Below, in pieces: positions 22,718 through 33,660 of a stretch of 64,000 nucleotides of DNA. A program made the translations under genes and the position numbers. Under the pieces are notes generated by a model, which searched no databases, was not told where the DNA came from, and saw only the letters and a list, made by a program, of their open reading frames with translations. Origin of the DNA: Tubulanus polymorphus. Taxonomy: Eukaryota > Animalia > Nemertea. The DNA lies in contig NC_134036.1 in the NCBI RefSeq assembly GCF_964204645.1, positions 10,891,859-10,955,858 on the forward strand, written 5' to 3'. How positions within the stretch are numbered: the stretch's first letter is position 1; the number at the start of each line of letters is the position of its first letter.

Positions 22718-24160
22718 ATGGATGTAGAAGGTGGAGAAGATATTGGAATGGATCCTTTTGATGAACCTGGTATAAGTGATGAACAACCACCTGATTTTGA
22801 TGAAAGAAGTTTTAATGATGGTAATGAGCACGGATATAATAATAATTTAAATATGCCTGATTATATTAAAAATGCAGAATCACCATTAAATCCTGAAAAT
22901 TTAGACCCAGGTTTAGTAAAAGAAGATTTAGATAATTTAAACAAAATACCTAAATTAGAAGATTTAATTGAAAAATCTAAACTTAACATAAATGATGAAG
23001 ACGTTGGACTTTTAGCATATCAATTAAAATTTTTAGATAATGGTAAATGTTATTATCGTTTGAAAGGTGATTATTATATTGATATCACTTCTAAAAATAA
23101 TAAAAAAATATTAGCGGAATCAACTTTGAAAAGTTTAAAACCAGATAAAATTAAAAGAATAAGTAATAGTAATGAAATAACTGATGTTACACAAAAAGAA
23201 ATAGATGATAATATAGACGTATTTAAACAAAGAATTAATGAATTATTTGAAATAATCAAAAAGAAATCAGAAACAGAAACAACTTCTGAACAGAATATAA
23301 CTTCCAAAACTAGTAAACTTAAATCAAATAAAGTTTCAATTGAAAAACTTTTACCGAATGGATTACTTGATGCAACAGATCAAGAATTAGAAGATTTAGA
23401 TATATTTTCTGATGAAGCAATTAGAGAAATTATTAGTATAAGAAATGAAGCTGATAAAATTGCACATAATAAAAGTATAAGAGATCAAAAAATTATGTAT
23501 TTGGAAAAAGAATTAACTAATGCAAATAAAGAAATAGAAAAACTAAAGTCTGATTTAGATCATCGAGTAATTGATTAAATCGAATATAGGCAAAAAGAAT
23601 TACGATTAGAAAAAGAAATTAATAATTTAAAAGATAATTTAGAAGTACAGAAAGAAGAAATTAAATTATTGTTAAAATCATATGATTATAATATTAATAG
23701 ATTAAAAGATGTTTTTAAAAGATATCTAATAAAACAAGATTCTAAAATATCATTGAAAGATAGAATAACATTATTATTTAAATTTGAAGGAATAACAATT
23801 CTTTCAATTCTAACAGCTGTAACTATGTTATTTACAACAATTGGTTTAGCAATATCAAATGCTTTAAAATCTACTCCTACTCCAAATAAACCAGATAAAT
23901 CCCCAGATAATAATTCTATACAAGATAAAGTTAAAGATGGTTTAAAGAAATTAGCAAAATATTTATGGGAACTATCTTAAAAATCCGCTGCAGCATTGCC
24001 AGGAATCATTGCATCAATTGTTGGTTTTATATTGAAATCTGCAGGAAACATTATTAACTTCGCTGCTGAACATATTATTTTATTTCTAATTACAGTTGTA
24101 GGTGCTATTATTTTTGGGTTAGTGAATATGATATCAAAAAGATATCAAGAAAAAAAATAA
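22718..24160 (+). pseudogene. Polinton coiled-coil/membrane protein (copy 2, same stops)
   Basis: Duplicate of 19986-21428. Confidence 0.7.
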
Positions 24161-24194
24161 TGAAAAATAAATAACTAATTTTTTTGTTAAATAA

Positions 24195-25442
24195 ATGAGT
24201 GGGAGTTATATAAGTCCTTCTAAGAATTCTAGAATATCTAATGCTATTAAAGCAGAAAGATCACATCATATAATTACGCATAACCCTTCTAATATTAATC
24301 CTGATGAAACTTTATATGTTAGAATCCCTAGATTAACACAAAATACTTTTTACGTTCCAAATAGTATTTATTTATCAGCCGATATAAAAGTAATCGGTAA
24401 TAATAATAATTATGTTGTTGATAATGTTGGAAGATATTTGATTGAAAAATTAACTATAAAGATTGGTCCAGAAACAGTTTTCTCATTAGATGATTATAAT
24501 TTATTTATGCATTATAAAGATTTATGGTTAACTAAAGAAAATAGAAATAATATGATATTTCAGGGTATTCAATCGGAAAACCATAATAAATTAAGATCGG
24601 GAAGTAATGACGCAATAGTAACTCGTGCCACAGATAATTTGATTAAAAAGATTTATGGAAGCAAATATAAAATCCCATTAAACTTTGAATTGATAAATAA
24701 CAATGCACCTTCATATAAATACGCAATTCAAGAAGATATTATATTTGAGATAACATTTGCTCCTGTTAATGAAATTGTATTATCTAGCGTTGTTAAAGAT
24801 ATGGGTTATAAATTATCGAATATATGTTTAGAATATAACACAGTCACCAATGAAAATATTGCTAGCACAATTCAAACTCAATACAATCAAGGATTTTCAT
24901 TATTATATGATTATATTGATAAATTTAAAACTGTAACTATTAATGCAAATGATGAAATAATTAATGAGAATATTAACTTCCCAAGAAGATCTATTAAAGG
25001 TATATTAATATTCTTTACCATTGCAACATATACTAATGGTGCAATAAATGTTGATAATTATTATAATCCTGAAATAACAAAAGTAGAAATAACTATCGAA
25101 GGAATAGCAAATAAAATATTTTGTCAAGGAATGAGAATGATTGATCAATGGCCAGAAATTAGAAAACATTTTATGAATGAAAAAGTAAAATCATTTGAAA
25201 ATTGTAATATTAATCAAATTGATTATTATACCGGCAATAAATATGCATTATGGTTAGATTTTAGAACAACAGAGGATAATTCATTACATGGTTCTGGAAA
25301 AAAACTACAGAATACTAAAGATGGAATACAATTATTAATGAAAAAGAAAAGAGGAGACAAAAATTTTAAAATGCACATTTATATTATATCTGATGCACAA
25401 TTAAATATTGTAAATTCACAATTAGATAGTATTCAATATTAG
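24195..25442 (+). CDS. Major capsid protein (double jelly-roll, putative), intact 415 aa
   Basis: Size, beta-rich pattern (LSNICLEYNTV, INFPRRSIKGILIFF, ALWLDFRT) and position next to INT/ATPase. Confidence 0.78.
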   Translation: MSGSYISPSKNSRISNAIKAERSHHIITHNPSNINPDETLYVRIPRLTQNTFYVPNSIYLSADIKVIGNNNNYVVDNVGRYLIEKLTIKIGPETVFSLDDYNLFMHYKDLWLTKENRNNMIFQGIQSENHNKLRSGSNDAIVTRATDNLIKKIYGSKYKIPLNFELINNNAPSYKYAIQEDIIFEITFAPVNEIVLSSVVKDMGYKLSNICLEYNTVTNENIASTIQTQYNQGFSLLYDYIDKFKTVTINANDEIINENINFPRRSIKGILIFFTIATYTNGAINVDNYYNPEITKVEITIEGIANKIFCQGMRMIDQWPEIRKHFMNEKVKSFENCNINQIDYYTGNKYALWLDFRTTEDNSLHGSGKKLQNTKDGIQLLMKKKRGDKNFKMHIYIISDAQLNIVNSQLDSIQY

Positions 25443-25472
25443 AAATATAAAGTTTAAATTAAGGATATATAA

Positions 25473-26600
25473 ATGGGTGGTAAAAAAACTCCTAATACTA
25501 AAGAACAATATTTAAGAAATTTATATTACAACCCTGAGAGTTCGGTTGCTTATTCTTCTACCAAAAATATATGGAGTAAAGTAAAACAAGATAAATTAGA
25601 TAAGATAATCCCACAAAATTTAGTTAAATATAAAGATATAAATGAATTTATGTTAGAACAACCAACATATACAACACATAAAAAAATTGTTAGAAAATAT
25701 AAAACTCGTAAAACTATGGTAAGTTATGTAGATCAACAGTGGCAAGGAGATTTAATTGATATGAAAAATGTTAAGAAAGATAATGATGATTATTGGTGGT
25801 TATTGAATATAATTGATATTTTTAGTCGTTATGTATGGAGTTTCCCACTTTATAGAAAAGATGCTGTACAAACATCAAATGTTTTAAGAAAATTTCTTTC
25901 CGATGATAAAGTAAAACCAGAAAAAATACAATTTGATGATGGAAAAGAGTTTGATAATTCATCTGTTCATGAACTCTTAGATAATCATAATATTAAATAT
26001 TTTTCAACAAAATCGGATAAAAAAGCTGCAGTTGTTGAACGATTTAATAGAACATTAAGAACAAGAATGTGGAAATATTTTACAGCAAATAATACTTTTA
26101 AATGGATTGATGTTTTACCCAAATTGATAGAAGGATATAATAATTCTTATCATTCTTCTATTGGAATGAAACCTATTGATGCTAGAAAACCTGAAAATGC
26201 TGAAATTGTTTGGAATAATTTATATGGAGCATTTCTTGTAGATGATTTTGGTGAACCTAAATTTAAAGTTGGTCAAAATGTTAGAATTTCTAAGTATAAA
26301 AAGATATTTAACAAAGGATACGATCGAAATTTTACTAGAGAAATATATAAAATAAAAAAGGTAATAACAACAAAACCATATGTCTATAAATTAGAAGATT
26401 TAGATGGTGAAGAAGTTGATGGCTACTTTTATGAAGAAGAATTAAGTTTAACTACTGAAAATCTAGAACAAGAATATAAAATTGAAAAAGTATTAAAAAC
26501 AAAAACTATTAAAAGAAAAAAATATTCTTTAGTAAAATGGGTTGGATGGCCAGATAAATTCAATGAATGGATATTATCAAGTAAAATTAAAAATATATAA
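25473..26600 (+). CDS. Retroviral-like (rve) integrase with C-terminal chromodomain, intact 375 aa
   Basis: QWQGDLIDM, IIDIFSRY, IQFDDGKEF, KAAVVERFNRTL, FKVGQNVRI, YKIEKVL..LVKWVGWPDKFNEWI. Confidence 0.95.
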   Translation: MGGKKTPNTKEQYLRNLYYNPESSVAYSSTKNIWSKVKQDKLDKIIPQNLVKYKDINEFMLEQPTYTTHKKIVRKYKTRKTMVSYVDQQWQGDLIDMKNVKKDNDDYWWLLNIIDIFSRYVWSFPLYRKDAVQTSNVLRKFLSDDKVKPEKIQFDDGKEFDNSSVHELLDNHNIKYFSTKSDKKAAVVERFNRTLRTRMWKYFTANNTFKWIDVLPKLIEGYNNSYHSSIGMKPIDARKPENAEIVWNNLYGAFLVDDFGEPKFKVGQNVRISKYKKIFNKGYDRNFTREIYKIKKVITTKPYVYKLEDLDGEEVDGYFYEEELSLTTENLEQEYKIEKVLKTKTIKRKKYSLVKWVGWPDKFNEWILSSKIKNI

Positions 26601-27204
26601 ATGAATAAGGAATTATTTATATTTGAGCCTCATAATATGTTAATTTCTGGCGTAACAAATTGTGGAAAAACTTGTTTTATATTAAATTTTTTAGAAACTG
26701 TTTATGAAAACTATTTTGATAATATAGTATTATTTTGCCCAACATATGAATTTAATCAAACTTATGATAGAAATATTACTAGAAATAATAAATTTATTAT
26801 ATTAGATCCTAAAACAGTAAAAGAAAATTTAGATAATTGTATAAAAATAGCAATTGATATTTATAAAGGATCAAATACATTATTCATTATAGATGATTGT
26901 GCTAATTTACATGATTCAAAAGTTAGAGAAAGTGAGTTATGTTATTTAGCTTTTTCTGGCAGACATTTTGGGATAACAACTTGGGTTTTAAATCAAAAAT
27001 ATAATTCAATTGTTAAAGATTTTAGGGAGAAGATTTCTAGTTTTATTCTACAATAAAGATAGAAAATCGATGAAAAATGCACTTGAGGAAAATGATATTA
27101 TTCCACATGATTTACATAATGAATATATGGATAAGTTGAAATATATTAAAAGATCAAAATTACTAATTAGATTACAACACCCATTTAAATATGAATTTAT
27201 TTAA
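26601..27204 (+). pseudogene. A32/FtsK-like packaging ATPase, frameshift near 27030
   Basis: Walker A GVTNCGKT, Walker B FIIDD, SGRHFGIT..LNQ; C-term in 27010..27204 frame. Confidence 0.9.
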
Positions 27205-27205
27205 A

Positions 27206-27492
27206 TTCAACTAGCTTGTTAATCTAATTGAATTCTAGTTACATTCTAGTTGAATTCTAGTTATTGGTAGTTGTAACAAAAATCAACTAGATGTAACAAT
27301 ATTATAACTAGCTTGTTAATCTAGTTTAATTCTAGTTACATTCTAGTTGAATTCTAGTTATTAGTAGTTGGAACAAAAATCAACTAGATTTAAGAAGAAA
27401 TAAACAAAAACAACAATATTTCAACTAGCTTGTTAATCTAGTTGAATTCTAGTTACATTCTAGTTGAATTCTAGTTGCAACATCACAACTAA
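27206..27492. repeat. Intergenic repeat array: three ~100-bp units built of 11-bp subrepeats
   Basis: AACTAGCTTGTTAATCTA at ~27209, 27306, 27423; subrepeats TTCTAGTTGAA / TTCTAGTTACA; inverted CAACTAG/CTAGTTG. Confidence 0.9.
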
Positions 27493-27508
27493 TTTATTTG
27501 TTATATAA

Positions 27509-28117
27509 ATCGGAGGTGAAAAGAAAATAAAATCTAAAAATGGTGATGTTCCAATTGAAAAAACTTTAGATGATTTAGGAATAACAGAAAACAAATTAAT
27601 TCCAGATGATGGTGCTTTAAATAATGTTACAACAAATAATAATTATGAATATTATCTTTATTATTGTAAACATCAATTAGAAATATTAATAGCATCTGGA
27701 AAATGTAAAAATTTTGTCGGTAAAAATTTAACTTATAATGAATTAGATACAATGAAATCAGATGAAATTATTAGATTATTTAAGATTTATGAAGCCGCGA
27801 GAACAGCTAGAATTAATGACGCGATATCAGAAAATGTAGTAAAAGGTTATAGTAAATTATGTAATTATATACTACCAATTCAAGATGAAAATAGATTATA
27901 TTCCGATTTAAAAAATGACTATTTAGTTATGACTGAATTAAATAAATGGATTGGATATTTATCATTTCAATTAGGTGGATTTATGACATTATTATCAACT
28001 GGAGTTATAACATTTTCAAATATTGAAAGTAAAAATATTTCCATAATAAATGAACAAGGTGGAAGAAGTGAAGGAATTAACTGTGAAGAAAAAACCGAGA
28101 TCACAGAATCAAATTGA
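27509..28117 (+). pseudogene. Polinton hypothetical protein with start codon apparently mutated (ATC)
   Basis: Frame open from TATAA-ATC GGA GGT (27509) into ORF 27752..28117. Confidence 0.65.
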
Positions 28118-28406
28118 ATGGTCTCGGCAATTAGGAATTAAATCACAAGAATATAAAAAAGCTGTAAAAGAAAAAAGAAGTGATAAAAATTGTCAAAATA
28201 TTGTTATTTCTACTCCTTCTGATAATAGAATATTTGATAAATGTCTATATTTTACGGTTGGATTTGTAATTGTATTCATTTTGATTGGGTGTAATTGGTA
28301 TAAGAAATCAAATAAAATTCATGATATTAATAATTCTGAAACAACTGCTATCAAAAATGAAAATAATTATGAAATTCCAAAATTGACAATAAAAAAAATG
28401 GATTAA
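28050..28406 (+). CDS. Polinton small single-TM protein
   Basis: 118 aa, TM LYFTVGFVIVFILIG; TTTTCCATAATAAATG start. Confidence 0.6.
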   Translation: MNKVEEVKELTVKKKPRSQNQIEWSRQLGIKSQEYKKAVKEKRSDKNCQNIVISTPSDNRIFDKCLYFTVGFVIVFILIGCNWYKKSNKIHDINNSETTAIKNENNYEIPKLTIKKMD

Positions 28407-29791
28407 TATTTTAGAAAAAAAGCAAAAAAAAATAATTTTTTTTAAGTTAATTGAATATCTCACTACTTTTGTCTATCTATGCGGAGCAATTAAATTGTCC
28501 AGATAAGTCATTTCGGATTCTAGATATTCATTATGTTTATTAATTTATTTTGTTTTTACTTGAATATTGTATTACAGTCGTTTCTTATTATTAGTTTTTT
28601 CTTAAATTGAAAGATTGGTGTGATGCTAAAATGAATATTTGAATTTGTTAATCAATTAACATAGTGATTAAAAATTATATCATAATTAAGTTAAAAATCC
28701 ATAATTCATTTATCAGTTTTCATTCTTATATTCTTTTCATTCGGAATAATTTATAATTTCAAATTTCACATATTTTTTTAGCACCAACAACATTTACTTA
28801 GGTGTTTTAGCTAAGTATATAAGGCAATTCATTCCAACACTGGAGTAGCTCTGGCCAGCAGAGGCATTTTGAAAATGCACCTTCGTCCACTCTCCGGGTT
28901 TCTCCTTCGGTTTCGAATTTCGATATTGGTAGAAATTACATTAGGCGCCTTTAATATAATATGATTTCTGCCAATCATTGAAGGAGATCCCGGTTGACGT
29001 GGGTCGCGGGGGTGTAAGTAGAAATGACGGGGGATAAGCGTCCCGTGGCGCCTTTCAATAATTGGATGCTTATCCCCTGAAAACTCTGTAGGTCGAGGAT
29101 AGGGCAATTTTGCTAAAACTCACCTTAAAAACACTGAAATATTCCTTTTAATCACGAGAGAGAGAATGTATCCTGTGTGTGTTGTATGTACTGCGTGCTT
29201 ATTATATAACTGCTAGCTATCCAATATGACAACAACGTTGTGCAACACCTGTTTCATTGATCAATATTCAAATGAAGCACTCTCTTATAATAACATGTAA
29301 CAGATGTTTGACTGTATGATTGTAGTTGTTCGTAAAACGACTGAGGTCATTTTGGATTCTAGATATTCATTATTTTTATTTTGTATTTAATCAACAATTT
29401 CTAAATCATGATGACCGTCTTCATTTTTCCCATGATAGATTATTTTAAATCCTTCTAAATCTTTTAATTCCTCTGTACTCAATGAAACCCATTAATCAGG
29501 AAAAAATACTTTAAATTCTCGCGATGTACTAACATTACAGTAGCTTAAATTTGCTGATACTTTCTCTCCATATTTAGTTTTTATCTTTTCTAATTTCAAT
29601 ATTTTATGTTCAATTTCTTTTGTAACATCAACTAACATTTTTATTTCAAATTGTTTTTTGCTGGTTTAATTCTGTTATTTATTGTTACTAAGAATGATTT
29701 TCTATCTCCCATTTATTAGGGGAAAAAATTACTTGTGGTGATGAGTGGTGTCTCGACCTTCGACCTCTGATCTGAAAGCCTACTTTTCCAA

Positions 29792-31030
29792 TTACTGCTG
29801 TACTATCGAATATGACAGGTAGGCGGAGTACGGTAATATTGGTGGACGGTAATGTTCGTATGAATCAGTTCGTCCCCTTACTACGATGATTCCTTTGTCA
29901 GTTTTCTCAGGCGTTAACGATTTTAGCTTCTTCATCTCCAGAGTTCTCTGAGATAAGACTATCAGTTTCTCTCTTGCGACATTAAATTCATCGACTGGAA
30001 TGTTTGATTTTTCAACTTTCATCTGATTTTTCACAATAGATATGAAACGCAATACATATGCTGTCACTCTAATAGCTTTGTCAAACGATGAGAATTTTTC
30101 GTTAAATTCTGGTGGGTTGATGATTGTGACTGTTACTGCAGCCTTCTTGATAATTGAATCATGCAGTACCCGATTATCACCATCATTCAATTAAATGTGA
30201 TCCTGACCCACGTTGAATGGCCACTCTCTCTCGGGTCGAAAGAGAAATGAGTCTCCAGTCGTCCAACGACCATACAATTGCGATAAATATAAACCTCGAG
30301 TAAGGTCATCAGCCACATTTAACGAGCTGGGTACATGATACCAGTCGCAAATTTTCGTTCGCATATGAATCTCTCCGACTCTTACTGAAGTGAATGGTTT
30401 CAAATTCCTAGACTCGGACTGAATCCACGCTAAGCAAATTTTCGAATCAGTAAATAAGATCGATTTTTCGAAGTCCAATCGAGATCCAGAAAGTATACTA
30501 TCATGTAACCGTGCTCCAATTACACATGAGTTTAGCTTTAGTTGATGTATGCTTAACGCTCTTAATGGGCTAACACGATTTTTTGAACAGACAAATCGAC
30601 ATTCATATGTTCCATTTGATATCTGCCATCTCACGTAAGCAACAGCTCCGTATCCGGATTGCGCTGCATCACAGAAAATTAGTAACGTAGGTTTTCCAAT
30701 CGCATCCTCAGGAGTTAAGCTTCTTCTAATTGACACTTGGTCAATGCTTTTAATTTTTTTCAGAAATTCGATCCAGAATTCTTTGATGCTGCAGGGTAAA
30801 TCATCGTCCCAATCCAAATTTAAGTTCCATATTTCTTGCATTCTGACTTTAGCCAGGAGTAAAAACGGACCGAGATAACCGGTGACATCATACACTTCAC
30901 TCACTACACTGAGTACATTACGCTTTGTAAGCTTCGTAGTCAACGAATCTCTCAGAATCTTAGGTGGGTATTTATTGATCATGAATAAAGTATCTTCACT
31001 GAATTCCATCCCAATACTTTTTCACTTGAT
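29792..31030 (-). pseudogene. BEL/Pao LTR retrotransposon pol fragment (RT C-term, RNase H, linker)
   Basis: LTKRNVLSVVSEVYDVTG, LDWDD, IFCDAAQSGYGAVAYVR, FTDSKICLAWI, NVADDLTRG. Confidence 0.92.
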
Positions 31031-31980
31031 GAATCTAATTTTATTCTCAAATCAGAATTCTCGGAAAATAACTTCATAAATTCTTTCAAACCTGAAAGTC
31101 AAAATAGTGTTATTGATCATTTACACATATTCTTATCCACGAGCAAGGCGTACATGTTTGTATTATTAGAACGGTGAATAAATAAAATGATCTTACTTAT
31201 GAATAACTTCATCTGTCACCCTTGAAAAACATTCTTTCAGTGATTAATGATCTGTAATGTATAATAAATCAGAAATGTAATGGAAGCTTTATGAATATTT
31301 TATAGTGCCGGTGATAAATAATAACTTTTTCTTTAAATTAGCATTAATCACTTATTTTTACATGCATGCTCAGCTTAGATGCCTCTTTGACGAGGGAGAA
31401 AAATGTATCCATGCTAATTACAAACCATTTGAATCAAAAAGCTAATTTTGGATTTGTAATTAAGTAGCGGTTCCCTTTTCCCCAGAGTCAATAACCTCAG
31501 TTTATGGCATGCCTCGGACTTAATTTGACCCAGGACAATTGTCTCAGATTGTTGCATGCCCCGATCAACTTTTACCCCAGACAAGAGATGATTTATTGCC
31601 TTGGATCTTCGCATGCCCAGATGAAATGGATTGCCTTGGATTATTGTGTGCTTTCTAGGCCCACCTGATGACTCCACGTTTGGTTGATGGTCACGATCCC
31701 GCGCGATAGATTTGTTCGCGGATACCAAAAAATATCGATTTCCTAAAAGGTCACGATGAGTGCGCGAAGCTTATTCTTAGTATTGCTGTAGAGATGTTGG
31801 CAAATTGTTCAAATCACGATATCCAACGTACGACACTAGTTCGGCACTTTATGCAACTAAGTCGAATAATCGTAGTCCAATTGTCCGTAAACACAGCTGG
31901 TTGCTGCGTGTCCCTCTTCACCAGTTTCGACTGTACCGCTGTCGCCAGCATCCACGTTACTACTTTCACCAGGATCAGCT

Positions 31981-32903
31981 ATGCCGTTATCACCATCATC
32001 CACCATACCACTTTCGCCGGCGTCCACTGAGTCAATGGATTCTGAGCCAGAATTTGAATTTCGGATGCCGATTTCGAAATTCCCGTCAGATATTAGTAAA
32101 TCGTTGGAAAGTAATCAAACATTAAATCCGTCTCAAGTCAAGTTCTTAAAAAACATAATGGCAAGCGAAATCGTGGACAAAAAAATCGACAATGGTTTTC
32201 CTTCGTTAAGGAGAATCGCGTTAGCTGTAACACGCCGGTATCCGTGTCTAAAAGATACGGATTTACAGGGGAGACCATTGGGAGATGGGTCTCAATCTCT
32301 TTCAAAGGCTATTCATTGGCAAATAGTCAATTGCAATAGGTCCAGGGCTGGTGTGGATGAAAACGCTGGCAACAGAAAATCGAAGAAAAATGCTACTGAT
32401 AAGTATGGCTGTGTGAACTGGGAATGCAGTTTACTAGAGGGCGAGACCGCGGAATCGCAAGCTGATAAACAAACTTTTTTGAAGGAACTGTATTCAAAAG
32501 GTGATACATCTGATCTTCAAACGATTAGGCAGACTATGAATGCTACGTACGCATCGCAAAGGAAATGTATCAACCGTAATCAGGGCGGGGTTGTGCCAGT
32601 TGTAGATGAATGCCCATTTCTTTTCCGTTATGAAGTTTTAATGGACCATTTTGATACGCTCATGCAGGTCAATTCGAGAGACTTATTTAATGAGGCGCTC
32701 TATGCCAGGAACAAAGCTAATCGCATTTGGAAGTTTGTTAAGTCAATCGCTAATGAATCCACTGCAATGGAGGATTGGATTGCCGTGATCGAAAAACAGT
32801 GCAATGAAATGAAATGTGTCGAACCACAAGTGCACGGTGTTATTCCCCTACTTATGGCTGTGTTAGGTGAAAAAAGCGAAAATGCGTTCAAAGTCTATGA
32901 GGT
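31981..32903 (+). pseudogene. SAMD3-like accessory gene exon of an EnSpm/CMC element (copy 1)
   Basis: YPCLKD..GDGSQSL, DKYGCVNW, TYASQRKCIN, CPFLF; near-identical to 55146-55965; ends at GAG|GTAAGT donor. Confidence 0.7.
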
Positions 32904-32919
32904 AAGTTAATAACCATTT

Positions 32920-33660
32920 AAGGGATTTGTGTATGAAAATATCCTTCTTACTTTGAAAATACAGGCTTTCATATGTGATGCCACAGCAAAGGAATTTGTT
33001 AAATGTATTAAATCACACACTGGGTATTATGATTGTGAAGAATGTACAACCAAGGGAAAGTATTCCAGTCATCGGATGACGTTTCCAAGTTTGAATGATC
33101 GATTGCGGAATGACTTCGATTTCATTCAAATGAAAGATATAAACCATCATACTTCTATATCACCCCTTACTGAACTTGACCTTGGAATGGTGTCTGGATT
33201 TCCTTTAGACTACATGCATCTTGTGTGCTTAGGAGTAATGGAACGGCTCATTTCTACATGGGTTAAAGGACCCTTAGAAAATCGTATCGGTCGTAATACT
33301 ATCATTGATATATCTGATAGATTACTCTCATTTGTAAGTTTTATCGCTTCTGATTTCAATCGTAAGGGAAGGTCTATGAATGAACTAGCGTATTGGAAAG
33401 CCTCTAAGTATCGTCTTTTTTATTGTATACCGGAGTAGTTGCTCTACATCAACTAATACCCGAGGAATTTTACAAAAATTTTCTCTTGCAATCAACTAGT
33501 ATAAACATTTTGTGCTGCCCAAGATTATGTATGAATCATGATTTTATTAAATATGCACATGATCTTTTGGTGACGTTTGTGGAGCATTATTCAGAGCTGT
33601 ATGCTCCCGATGCGATAGTATACAATGTTCATAATTTACCTTATGTTCACCTAATGTTTT
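32920..33660 (+). pseudogene. CMC/EnSpm-type transposase fragment (family distinct from 52955-54699)
   Basis: FICDATAKEFVKCIKSHTGYYDCEEC, FPLDYMHLVCLGVM, WKASKYR, VYNVHNL. Confidence 0.85.

Larger units (their letters stand above)
19142..24605 (+). repeat. Tandem duplication, 2 x 2732 bp (19142-21873 / 21874-24605)
   Basis: Identical ORFs offset by 2732 (19628/22360, 19986/22718, 20937/23669, 21463/24195); junction GAAGT|AAAAGATTGCAG; only isolated substitutions seen. Confidence 0.95.
9692..29755 (+). mobile_element. Polinton/Maverick (adintovirus-like) endogenous virus, decaying; ends approximate
   Basis: Intronless AT-rich cluster of pPolB, mCP, MCP, rve-INT and ATPase; short inverted terminal motif CGAGACACCACTCATCAC (9692-9709 vs 29738-29755); no clear long TIR or TSD. 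Confidence 0.93.

Noticed and set aside
27206-27492. CRISPR-like array
   Set aside because: No unique spacers between repeats, no cas genes, eukaryotic context
9120-29800. Canonical long Polinton TIRs with AG/AGT-repeat ends and 6-bp TSD
   Set aside because: Only ~50 bp of inverted similarity found; flanks do not match and the right side abuts a BEL/Pao fragment
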